Part shown: piece by piece, positions 18,068 to 26,382 of the stretch
Layout of the letters: each line of letters starts with the position of its first letter
Numbering within the stretch: position 1 is the first letter of the stretch
NCBI GenBank assembly: GCA_965206675.1
Contig: CBDBKL010000005.1
Location: 40,481-104,480, forward strand
Direction: 5' to 3'
Length of the DNA stretch: 64,000 bases
DNA from: Bdellovibrionales bacterium
GTDB lineage: Bacteria; Bdellovibrionota; Bdellovibrionia; Bdellovibrionales; JAKFYE01
Notes under the pieces: generated by a model
Seen by the model: only the letters and a program-made list of their open reading frames with translations
Told to the model about the DNA's origin: nothing
Databases searched by the model: none
Made by a program: the position numbers and the translations under genes

Positions 18068-19913
18068 TTGCCTTCTGTTGCTTTTTCTAGCTTCTTCATC
18101 TCAAGCACAAGATCTTAAGGTGACAGCAACGGTAAATAAAACTCAAGCTGGAGTTGGGGAGCCTGTCACTTTAACGGTTAATGTGGAAACAAAAAAAGAT
18201 GGAAATGTCTCACAGCCTCGTTTGCCTGATCTAAAAGGTTTTAATCTAACGCAAAAATGGAATTCTCTGCAAACCCGAACCCTATTTACACAAGGTCAAT
18301 TAGAACATTTAAGAACCCAATCTTTTCATTATAGATTAGAACCTCAAGTTAAGGGGTCCTTAAAAATTGATGCCGTCACCGTTGTTATTAATGGGCAAGA
18401 GGTAAAAACAGATCCCATTGTTATCCAAATCACAGAAAAAAGTCAGGGAAAAAAATCTCAGGGTCAAAACCCATTTAGTCAAGATCCCTTCTTTTCAGAT
18501 ATGGATGATATGTTTCAATCCTTTTTTCAAAAACCATTTGGATCTCCACAGGGGCAACAGGGAAGTGGTGAAAACATTGATGAGAATAATTCCTTTTCCG
18601 TGCATTTAGAAGTGGATAAAACAGAGGTGTATGAAGGGGAGCAGGTCACGGCTTCATGGTATCTCTATACGCCTCATCAAATTAGAAATATTGATACTTT
18701 GAAGTATCCCTCTCTAAAGGGATTTTGGAAAGAAGATATACACTTGGCAACGCAACTGAACTTTAAAGCAGAAATCGTTAATGGGCAGCAATACAGAAAA
18801 GCTCTTCTTGCGTCTTATGCTTTATTTCCTATAAAGGCTGGTGTTTCTGAAATTGATCCTTATAAAGTGAGATGTACTGTTATTCCAGCCCATTCTTTTA
18901 TGGGATTGGGAAGGGGACAGGGATATACAAAGTCATCACGTCCCATACAGATAAAAGTAAAACCTTTACCAAGTGACAATGTGCCTTCAGATTTTTCTGG
19001 AGCTGTTGGACAGTTTAGAATGGAGGCTAAGGTAGGAAAAACAGATGTTAAGGTGAATGAGCCGTTTTCTTTAAAACTGAGAATTTCCGGTAAAGGTAAT
19101 GCTAAATCTGTAAAACTACCGCAATTGTCTATTCCCTCTCATTTAGAGCTTTATAGTACAAAGGATGAGTCAAAGTTTTTTAAAAATGGAACAAGTTTTA
19201 AAGAATTTGATCTACTATTGATACCAAGGAAAATGGGGAGGGTAGAAATACCCTCGTTGAGTGTGAGTAGCTTTGATCCACAGTTAAAAAAATATGTGTC
19301 ACTTTCTACGAAACCTATAGTTTTAGAAGTTTTAGCGAATGAAAATGATGAACCCATTACAAATTATCCTTTGGCCGATGCACAAAAGAAAGAGACGGAA
19401 GAAAGAACACTTCCCCCAATCAGTGCGCAATGGGAAACCGCAAAGTCTGTGGGTTTGGGTAAACGTTTAATACTTTGGGGCATCGTTTATTTTATACTTG
19501 TTCTTGGAATTTTATGGAGAGCAAAAACTATAGGACTTTTGGGTGGGCATAGAAAAAGGACTTTGTATCGAGAGTATCATGTAAAATATATGGAACTGAA
19601 AAAACACCTTTTGTCTGAAAATTATAAAAAATTAGGAGTAGAGGCTATAAATGTCATAAATTTTACAATTGGAAATCTTATTGATGAAGTTTCTGCTGAC
19701 GTTCAAATTGATAGATTGTTAGAACAGATGCCTCCGAGCCTAAGACATCGATTAGGCAGCGAATTGTCGGATGTGGTATCTTATTTTGAAGCTCTAGGAT
19801 TTGCTCCAAAGGCTGAGGAGCAAAGACAGAGAAAGCAGGCAGAAATTTATTTAAAAAAATTAGATACATTGTTGCAAGATGCGATTAAACTGAGCGGAAG
19901 AGGTCAAGGATGA
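18051..19913 (+). CDS. batD: BatD-like (oxygen-tolerance family) protein
   Basis: A TTG at 18051 gives MKKIGSCLLLLFLASSSQAQD, a clean signal peptide. Repeated beta-rich modules, a C-terminal TM (LILWGIVYFILVLGILW) and the position after the VWA genes support the call. Confidence 0.7.
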   Translation: MKKIGSCLLLLFLASSSQAQDLKVTATVNKTQAGVGEPVTLTVNVETKKDGNVSQPRLPDLKGFNLTQKWNSLQTRTLFTQGQLEHLRTQSFHYRLEPQVKGSLKIDAVTVVINGQEVKTDPIVIQITEKSQGKKSQGQNPFSQDPFFSDMDDMFQSFFQKPFGSPQGQQGSGENIDENNSFSVHLEVDKTEVYEGEQVTASWYLYTPHQIRNIDTLKYPSLKGFWKEDIHLATQLNFKAEIVNGQQYRKALLASYALFPIKAGVSEIDPYKVRCTVIPAHSFMGLGRGQGYTKSSRPIQIKVKPLPSDNVPSDFSGAVGQFRMEAKVGKTDVKVNEPFSLKLRISGKGNAKSVKLPQLSIPSHLELYSTKDESKFFKNGTSFKEFDLLLIPRKMGRVEIPSLSVSSFDPQLKKYVSLSTKPIVLEVLANENDEPITNYPLADAQKKETEERTLPPISAQWETAKSVGLGKRLILWGIVYFILVLGILWRAKTIGLLGGHRKRTLYREYHVKYMELKKHLLSENYKKLGVEAINVINFTIGNLIDEVSADVQIDRLLEQMPPSLRHRLGSELSDVVSYFEALGFAPKAEEQRQRKQAEIYLKKLDTLLQDAIKLSGRGQG

Positions 19914-22093
19914 AGTTTATTTTTCTATTTTTACTACAATATGCTTATGCCGACTTACATCCTTTGACATTGTCTGTAGACTCTCCTCCTAAAATGACAA
20001 GATGGCCATTTGAAACACAGACAAAACCTCCATCTGGTCAGCTTATTTTAGCGAAAAAGAGTTTTATGGAGGGAAAGTGGTTAGCCTGTCAAAAGGCAGC
20101 GCAGTTGATCCCTCAAAAAACACCCGCCGTTGCTCCTTGGTCCTTAGATTTAGAGCTTCAATGTGCAATCAAAAGATTAACTTTGCAAAAAGCAGGAGCG
20201 AAAAGCCTGGTTCGTCTTTTTAATAAACTCAATAAAAATCAAGAATGGCTTTTACGAGGGCCTTATTCTAAAACATTGAGAAAAAGATATGTGGAAGCAG
20301 CTTTAGCTTTATCGTCCTATAATATACAGAAAAATCCTAAATCCTCTATGAAATGGGTTGAAACATTTATGGATTCAAAAGAGTGGGGAACAAAATCTCA
20401 AAAGGCAGAAGCTTATCAGATAGCAGGAACCTTATCGTTATCCCTTAAAAACTTAGAGCCTGCCGAGCGGTTTTTAAGAAAGAGTTTAAACTACAAGTCT
20501 AGCTTAGATGTTCGCCGACTTCTAAATACGGTGTTGAGGGCAAAGAGTAAGGGGCAGAAGAATACAAAAGAAGAGGGTACAAAAAATGAACGTGTGAGAG
20601 CTCCTGAAGAAGAATTAAGAAATAAAGCGAGAATGGCTTTGCGGAAGAAAAAATACTTAACGGCTGTTAAACTCTCTGTGGAAATTTTAAATGATTTTTC
20701 TGGAAGTCAGGTTGCTGATTGGGCCGCTAAAACAGTTCTAGAAACTTATATGAGTTTGAAAGAAAAAGAAAGTTCCATGAAAAGAACCATTCGGCAGATG
20801 AAAAAAGCCCCCGGTGATTGGCAAAAGGATTGGATGTGGCAACTTTTTCGAAAATCCTATTATGATGATGCCAGTGATTTAGGGGAAGCGGCTGTGAATA
20901 AACTAAAAGGTGTAGGGCAAAAAACAGAATTAGTTTATAATTTGGCGCGGTCTTATATTTTTTCAGGGAAAATTTCTAAGGGAAAAAAATGGCTTCAAGT
21001 GGTTGCTAAAGAACACGGGGGTAGTCAAGAGCAACTCGCTGCCCTTTTGCGTTTGGGTCTTATTGAGTATCGTGAGGGTCGTTATAATAAATCCATTACG
21101 TTTTTAGAAAAGTTGTTAACACATTCATCTGAAAAATATGATTTAAAAGGGCGATATTGGCTTTGGCGGGCTCTTGAAAAATCAGGAAATAAAGAGCGGG
21201 CTCAGAGTGTAGGCAAGGCGTTGTATGAAAGATATCCCCTAACGTATTATGGATTAAGGGCTAAGTTAGAACTCGAAGGTTCTATGAGTCTTCCGGAGTC
21301 AGATATTCAGGTCAATCCACAAAAATTTTGGCTGACAACCAGTCAGAAACAGAGCTGGGAGCGGTTACTTATTTTGTTAGCATCCGGTTGGTTTGAAGAG
21401 GCACAGTTGGAGTTAAAAGCATTACCAATTCCGCTAGATCCAGAAGCAAAGATTTTGATGGCGAGAGTGTGGGCCGCAGCCCTAGGGTATTTAAAAGCTA
21501 TTCGCCTTGCGAATCAGGCCTGGGATGAGAAACGTTATTTAATGAGAAAGAATTTTTATCCGTTGGGCTTTCCCGTTGAATTTTTTGAAATGATTAAAAA
21601 AGAATCTAGAAAATATAAATTGGACCCTCATCTCGTTATAAGCACCATGAAGCAAGAAAGTGCTTTTCAAATGAGAGCTGTGAGTCGCAGTGGAGCATTG
21701 GGGTTGATGCAGATGATACCTCTGACAGCCAAAGAGGTCGCTCAAGATCTAGGCTTTAAAAATCTCTCTTTGCCCGATGACCTTTTTAATCCCCAAGTCA
21801 ACATTAAGTTTTGTACATACTACTTGTCTAAGGTCTTGAGGCAGTTTAAGGGTCATGTGCCTTTGGCTTTGGCAGCTTACAATGCTGGACCTCGTCGTTT
21901 AAAAAGGTGGTTAAATGCAAGAAAATTGAATCCTGAGAAAAATTCTGTTCCAATAAACGAAGTATGGATTGATGAATTGCCATGGGGAGAGACTCAGTTT
22001 TATATAAAGGCTATTTTAAGAAATTACTTTATATATAAACTCCTGGACGTTGGGCAGGTTAAAAAAAGTTCTCCTTTATGGGAACAATTATAA
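19910..22093 (+). CDS. slt: Soluble lytic murein transglycosylase, Slt70-like (superhelical N-domain plus SLT domain)
   Basis: An ATGA overlap joins it to the batD stop. A signal peptide is present. The SLT catalytic block is MKQESAFQMRAVSRSGALGLMQMIPLTA...AAYNAGP, preceded by a long alpha-helical repeat N-terminus. Confidence 0.85.
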   Translation: MKFIFLFLLQYAYADLHPLTLSVDSPPKMTRWPFETQTKPPSGQLILAKKSFMEGKWLACQKAAQLIPQKTPAVAPWSLDLELQCAIKRLTLQKAGAKSLVRLFNKLNKNQEWLLRGPYSKTLRKRYVEAALALSSYNIQKNPKSSMKWVETFMDSKEWGTKSQKAEAYQIAGTLSLSLKNLEPAERFLRKSLNYKSSLDVRRLLNTVLRAKSKGQKNTKEEGTKNERVRAPEEELRNKARMALRKKKYLTAVKLSVEILNDFSGSQVADWAAKTVLETYMSLKEKESSMKRTIRQMKKAPGDWQKDWMWQLFRKSYYDDASDLGEAAVNKLKGVGQKTELVYNLARSYIFSGKISKGKKWLQVVAKEHGGSQEQLAALLRLGLIEYREGRYNKSITFLEKLLTHSSEKYDLKGRYWLWRALEKSGNKERAQSVGKALYERYPLTYYGLRAKLELEGSMSLPESDIQVNPQKFWLTTSQKQSWERLLILLASGWFEEAQLELKALPIPLDPEAKILMARVWAAALGYLKAIRLANQAWDEKRYLMRKNFYPLGFPVEFFEMIKKESRKYKLDPHLVISTMKQESAFQMRAVSRSGALGLMQMIPLTAKEVAQDLGFKNLSLPDDLFNPQVNIKFCTYYLSKVLRQFKGHVPLALAAYNAGPRRLKRWLNARKLNPEKNSVPINEVWIDELPWGETQFYIKAILRNYFIYKLLDVGQVKKSSPLWEQL

Positions 22094-22209
22094 AATAAAG
22101 GGACCAGTTTATACTTAGAGTGTGTTAAGATATAACAATACGAGCCGATCAAAAAGTGAAGAGGTGATAGCCTCGTAGGGTAGTGATTAAAGAAGTGGGG
22201 TTTGGTTTG

Positions 22210-23565
22210 ATGAAAGTATTGCTCATTTTATTGCCTTTATTTATGGGGTGTAGCCACTTAGGAGGGGGGATTGCTTCTCACAGTGGTACAAAAAATATCA
22301 TAACAAATGAAAATACGCCGTCACAGAGTCAGGTGGTTTCAAAAAGTCTACCAAAACCATCTAAGCCGTCTAAACCATCTAAGGATCGTGACGGTGTAGA
22401 TACGGTTTATGGAAAAATTCCTTTGGCTTATAATGAGAAAGTTGAGGAATGGTTAGATTATTTCCAGGGTCGCGGTCGCAGACATATGGATCGTTACCTC
22501 TCACGTATGCCTAGATATGAAAGCCTAATGAAAAAAGTTTTAAGAGATCATAAATTACCAGAGGGTTTGCTCTATATAGCCCTTATTGAATCAGGGTTTA
22601 ATGCCAGAGCAACAAGTCGTGCAAGAGCTGTAGGGTATTGGCAGTTTATTCGTGGGACAGGAAGACGTTATGATTTAAAAATTGATGGTTACGTGGATGA
22701 GCGGCGTGACCCTGTTTATTCAACGATTGCTGCCGCTAGATATTTGAGTGGATTGTATAATCTCTTTGGCTCTTGGTACCTCGCTATTGCTTCTTATAAT
22801 GTGGGAGAAAATAGAATTAAAAATCTTGTTATGAAATATCATACAAGGGACTTTTGGACACTGGCAAAATCAAGGCGGCTTCCTAAAGAGACGGCAAACT
22901 ATGTCCCTAAATTTATAGCAGCCTCTATGATAGCTAAGAACCCTGATAAGTACGGGTTTGGTTATGTTGAGTTTCAAAAGCCATTTGAGTTTGATGAAGT
23001 TGTCTCTAAAAAACCTGTAAACATGAAGGTTTTTGCAAGGAACTTAGGAGTTTCGTATTCGGATTTCAAAGCTCTTAATCCCATATTTAAAGGCACGTAT
23101 GCTCCCAATTATAAAAACGGGCAGGTTGTGATTCGTGTACCGAAGGGTAAGGGATCTATTGCGAGTGTGGCTTTGAATAAAAGTTATGCTAAAAAAAGAC
23201 GTTTTGTGGCTAGCAGGAGTTCATCAACGTATAGGGTACGACGTGGGGATACGCTTTATGGTATAGCGAGAAAGTTTGGAACGTCTATTAATGCTTTAAG
23301 ACGGGCCAACAGCATGGGGCGGCGAAGCCTTATTCGCTATGGTCAGAGGTTAAAGATTCCAGGAAAAACTTTTCAGCAGGCTGCCAAGAGGAGACCTCAG
23401 AGGTCCATTGCATCAGCCTCTAGAACTCATGTTGTTCGGCGTGGAGATACTTTAATTTATATAGCTAAGAGATATAAGACGACAATTTCTAGATTGGCAA
23501 AGGCGAACAACATTCGTCATCGTAGTCGGATTTTGATTGGTCAAAGATTAGTTATCCCCGATTAA
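22210..23565 (+). CDS. mltD: Membrane-bound lytic murein transglycosylase D-like lipoprotein with two LysM domains
   Basis: The lipobox reads LLPLFMGC and is followed by a PSKPSKPSK linker. The SLT block is LIESGFNARATSRARAVGYWQF...ASYNVGEN. Two LysM units are present (YRVRRGDTLYGIARKFGTSINALRRAN and HVVRRGDTLIYIAKRYKTTISRLAKAN). Confidence 0.88.
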   Translation: MKVLLILLPLFMGCSHLGGGIASHSGTKNIITNENTPSQSQVVSKSLPKPSKPSKPSKDRDGVDTVYGKIPLAYNEKVEEWLDYFQGRGRRHMDRYLSRMPRYESLMKKVLRDHKLPEGLLYIALIESGFNARATSRARAVGYWQFIRGTGRRYDLKIDGYVDERRDPVYSTIAAARYLSGLYNLFGSWYLAIASYNVGENRIKNLVMKYHTRDFWTLAKSRRLPKETANYVPKFIAASMIAKNPDKYGFGYVEFQKPFEFDEVVSKKPVNMKVFARNLGVSYSDFKALNPIFKGTYAPNYKNGQVVIRVPKGKGSIASVALNKSYAKKRRFVASRSSSTYRVRRGDTLYGIARKFGTSINALRRANSMGRRSLIRYGQRLKIPGKTFQQAAKRRPQRSIASASRTHVVRRGDTLIYIAKRYKTTISRLAKANNIRHRSRILIGQRLVIPD

Positions 23566-23570
23566 ATTGT

Positions 23571-23695
23571 GGGCTTCTGAAAAAGCATTATCTACTTTGT
23601 TGCAATCACTCAAACCTCACTCCAATGTAGGGAAAACTACGTTTCCGTTCGGTTTGAGCTTGAACGCCTCTTATCTAACGCTTTTTCAGAAGCCC
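23571..23695. repeat. Palindromic intergenic repeat, family R2, copy a (125 nt)
   Basis: It starts 5 nt after the mltD stop. A perfect 16-bp terminal stem (gggcttctgaaaaagc / gctttttcagaagccc) encloses a core shared with 32643-32761 (ttgcaatcactcaaacctcac...aaaactacg..tccgttcggtttg). Confidence 0.85.
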
Positions 23696-23734
23696 ACCGG
23701 TTCATTACGAGTTGGCTAAATAATTAAAAAGAAA

Positions 23735-24520
23735 TTAATTTATATTATCTATAACTTGTGAGGCTATTTTTGAAAACAGTTCTGCTTCCTGACTATTTGA
23801 TTCCGTTATAGATAAAGGAACACCGCACTCCGCAGAAAGGGCTATTTTTGTAGAAAAAGGAAGGCTGACTAATTTTTTGATTTTTTCCTGCTCCAAATAT
23901 TTATCGAGATCACCTTTTGGAAACAAAGTGTGTACCGTTCCATCTTCAGATTGAAAACAAGACATATTTTCTACAACACCTAGAATCGGAATATTTAAAC
24001 GCTGAAACATATCAATAGATTTTTGTACATCTAAAAGAGATAGGTTTTGTGGCGTGGTCACCACTAAAGCTCCAGAAAGTGGGACCTTTTGGGCAATGGT
24101 GAGCTGTACATCACCCGTGCCGGGAGGAAGGTCAATGAGCAAGATATCTAAATCACCCCACATAACATCTCGTAGAAATTGCTCAATGGCTTTAAAAAGC
24201 ATGGGGCCGCGCCAAATAAGAGCCGTGTCTTCATCTATAAGATAACCCATAGACATTGTTGCCATTCCGTATTTTCTAATAGGCTCCAGTTTACGGAACT
24301 CATTCAATTCGGGCTTTTGATTAGAAATTCCAAATAGACGTGGAATGCTGGGGCCATAAATATCGCAGTCTAAAACGCCAATGCTTAATCCTCTCTGCTG
24401 AAGGGCTGTGGCTAATTGCGTAGTGATTGTGCTCTTGCCGACCCCGCCTTTTCCAGAGCTGACAGCAATAATGTCCTTCACTCCATCAATAGGGTAAGAT
24501 TTATCTGTAGGATGGCTCAT
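23735..24520 (-). CDS. apbC: Mrp/ApbC/NBP35-family Fe-S cluster carrier ATPase
   Basis: The deviant Walker A is SSGKGGVGKST, with DLPPGTGD and CFQSEDG. The start at 24520 (MSHPTD...) is preferred but uncertain. Confidence 0.85.
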   Translation of the reverse strand: MSHPTDKSYPIDGVKDIIAVSSGKGGVGKSTITTQLATALQQRGLSIGVLDCDIYGPSIPRLFGISNQKPELNEFRKLEPIRKYGMATMSMGYLIDEDTALIWRGPMLFKAIEQFLRDVMWGDLDILLIDLPPGTGDVQLTIAQKVPLSGALVVTTPQNLSLLDVQKSIDMFQRLNIPILGVVENMSCFQSEDGTVHTLFPKGDLDKYLEQEKIKKLVSLPFSTKIALSAECGVPLSITESNSQEAELFSKIASQVIDNIN

Positions 24521-24645
24521 ATTGCACCTGTTTTTCAGTGGTCTTTCTTTAGGGTGTCTCTTCAATGAAATACTTTTCTTTTCTCAATAAATAAGCAGGC
24601 TCCTTGAAATTTTAATACCCTTTTCTTGAAATCCAGAAACTTTCT

Positions 24646-25047
24646 ATGGATAATGCACCCGTGACAGCAAAACAGTTCATACTTCTTAATTTAGGAATTG
24701 TCACGTTGCTTCTCATTTACTTTCTGACACTCAGGAGGAGAGAAAGGCCAACACGTCTTCATTTTTCACGGCCCTCTTTAAAGAAGCAACGTTTTTATAA
24801 TGATGTTGTCCTAAGTGATGAAAAAGTCTCTGAAGAGGGAAACGTTCGCGACGTTAACCTTGTATTTTGTTACAATGAGTACCACTGGGACGCTTATGAA
24901 GTTTTGGGAGTACCAGCTGGGGCTTCTTTTGAAGATGTTCAAGCGGCTTTTGATAGAATGATACATACAGAAAAAGACTCTCAAGCTTTTTATCAAGCGG
25001 CTTATCAGGCGATTAAAAATCAGAGGAAAAAGACGAATGAAAATTGA
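24646..25047 (+). CDS. Membrane-anchored hypothetical protein with J-like domain lacking HPD
   Basis: An N-terminal TM ([19 protein letters not shown]) is present. The C-terminal [24 protein letters not shown] resembles J-domain helix I-II, but no HPD tripeptide follows. The gene overlaps the glyQS start. Confidence 0.4.
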   Translation: MDNAPVTAKQFILLNLGIVTLLLIYFLTLRRRERPTRLHFSRPSLKKQRFYNDVVLSDEKVSEEGNVRDVNLVFCYNEYHWDAYEVLGVPAGASFEDVQAAFDRMIHTEKDSQAFYQAAYQAIKNQRKKTNEN

Positions 25048-26380
25048 AAGGCTTAAGGATTTACAAACATTGATGTCCCTTTGTAAGCAAAGAGGGTTTG
25101 TTTTTCAAAGCAGTGAAATCTATGGAGGACTTAATGCGTGTTGGGACTATGGCCCCCTAGGTGTGGATTTAAAACTCAATGTAAAGACATGCTGGTGGAA
25201 GGCGATGACATGTCGACATGATATTGTAGGTTTAGATGCCGCAATACTAATGGACCCTGCAGTTTGGAAGGCTTCAGGTCACTTGGAAAGTTTTTCAGAT
25301 CCTCTGGTAGAGTGTTTAAAATGCCACTTGCGATTTAGAGAAGATGAGATTGATACAAAAGCTCCCTGTGAGGGTTGTGGTGCTTTGGAGTTTTCTGAAC
25401 CCAGGCAATTTAATTTAATGTTTAAGACATTTATGGGTTCGGTTGAAGATTCTGCAAGTACAGTTTATTTACGACCAGAAACAGCTCAAGGTATTTTTGT
25501 TAATTATGAAAATGTACAAACTTCTATGCGAAAAAAACTTCCATTTGGAATTGCACAAGTGGGTAAGAGCTTTAGAAATGAAATCACTCCTGGAAATTTT
25601 ATTTTTAGAACACGTGAATTTGAACAAATGGAAATGCAATACTTTGTTAAACCAGGTGAAGATGAAACCTATATGGAGAAATGGAAGGAAATTCGTAAAT
25701 CATATTATTCCAAATTAGGTTTTCGCTCTGAGAACTTAAAGTTTTATGAACACGGACCAGATGAAATAGCTCACTATGCAAAATCAGCTTTTGACATTCA
25801 CTATCGATTTCCCATTGGATGGCTGGAACTTGAAGGGATTCATAACAGAACAGATTTTGATCTAAAACAGCATCAAAAGTTTTCTGGGAAAAAACTAGAA
25901 TACTTTGAAAGTGCAACTCAGGAGAGATTTATTCCCTATGTTATCGAAACAGCGGCGGGATGTGATAGAACTGTTTTAGCAGCACTATGTGATGCCTATC
26001 GTGTAGAAATTTTAAATGAAAAAGGGAAAGAGGATCGGCGAGTTGTTTTAGGGCTTCATCCCGATCTTTCTCCTATAAAAGTTGCCGTGTTGCCGCTATC
26101 AAAAAAACCAGAATTAATGACGTTGTCCATGAGTATTCATGATGATTTGACTCAAACATTTGTTGTTCAGTATGACGAAACAGGAAGTATTGGTAAGCGA
26201 TATAGAAGGCAAGATGAAATTGGAACACCCTTTTGTGTAACGGTGGATTTTGATTCTTTAGAAGATCAAAGTGTTACAGTCAGGCATAGGGATACGATGG
26301 CACAAGATCGTATCGCTGTTAGTGAGTTGAAAAATTATATCCAAAATCATTTAAAAACCTTCGAAATGTATAAAGCATAG
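25037..26380 (+). CDS. glyQS: Glycine--tRNA ligase (homodimeric class II, GlyQS type)
   Basis: [58 protein letters not shown], and a C-terminal anticodon-binding region with [19 protein letters not shown]. Confidence 0.93.
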   Translation: MKIERLKDLQTLMSLCKQRGFVFQSSEIYGGLNACWDYGPLGVDLKLNVKTCWWKAMTCRHDIVGLDAAILMDPAVWKASGHLESFSDPLVECLKCHLRFREDEIDTKAPCEGCGALEFSEPRQFNLMFKTFMGSVEDSASTVYLRPETAQGIFVNYENVQTSMRKKLPFGIAQVGKSFRNEITPGNFIFRTREFEQMEMQYFVKPGEDETYMEKWKEIRKSYYSKLGFRSENLKFYEHGPDEIAHYAKSAFDIHYRFPIGWLELEGIHNRTDFDLKQHQKFSGKKLEYFESATQERFIPYVIETAAGCDRTVLAALCDAYRVEILNEKGKEDRRVVLGLHPDLSPIKVAVLPLSKKPELMTLSMSIHDDLTQTFVVQYDETGSIGKRYRRQDEIGTPFCVTVDFDSLEDQSVTVRHRDTMAQDRIAVSELKNYIQNHLKTFEMYKA

Positions 26381-26382
26381 GA

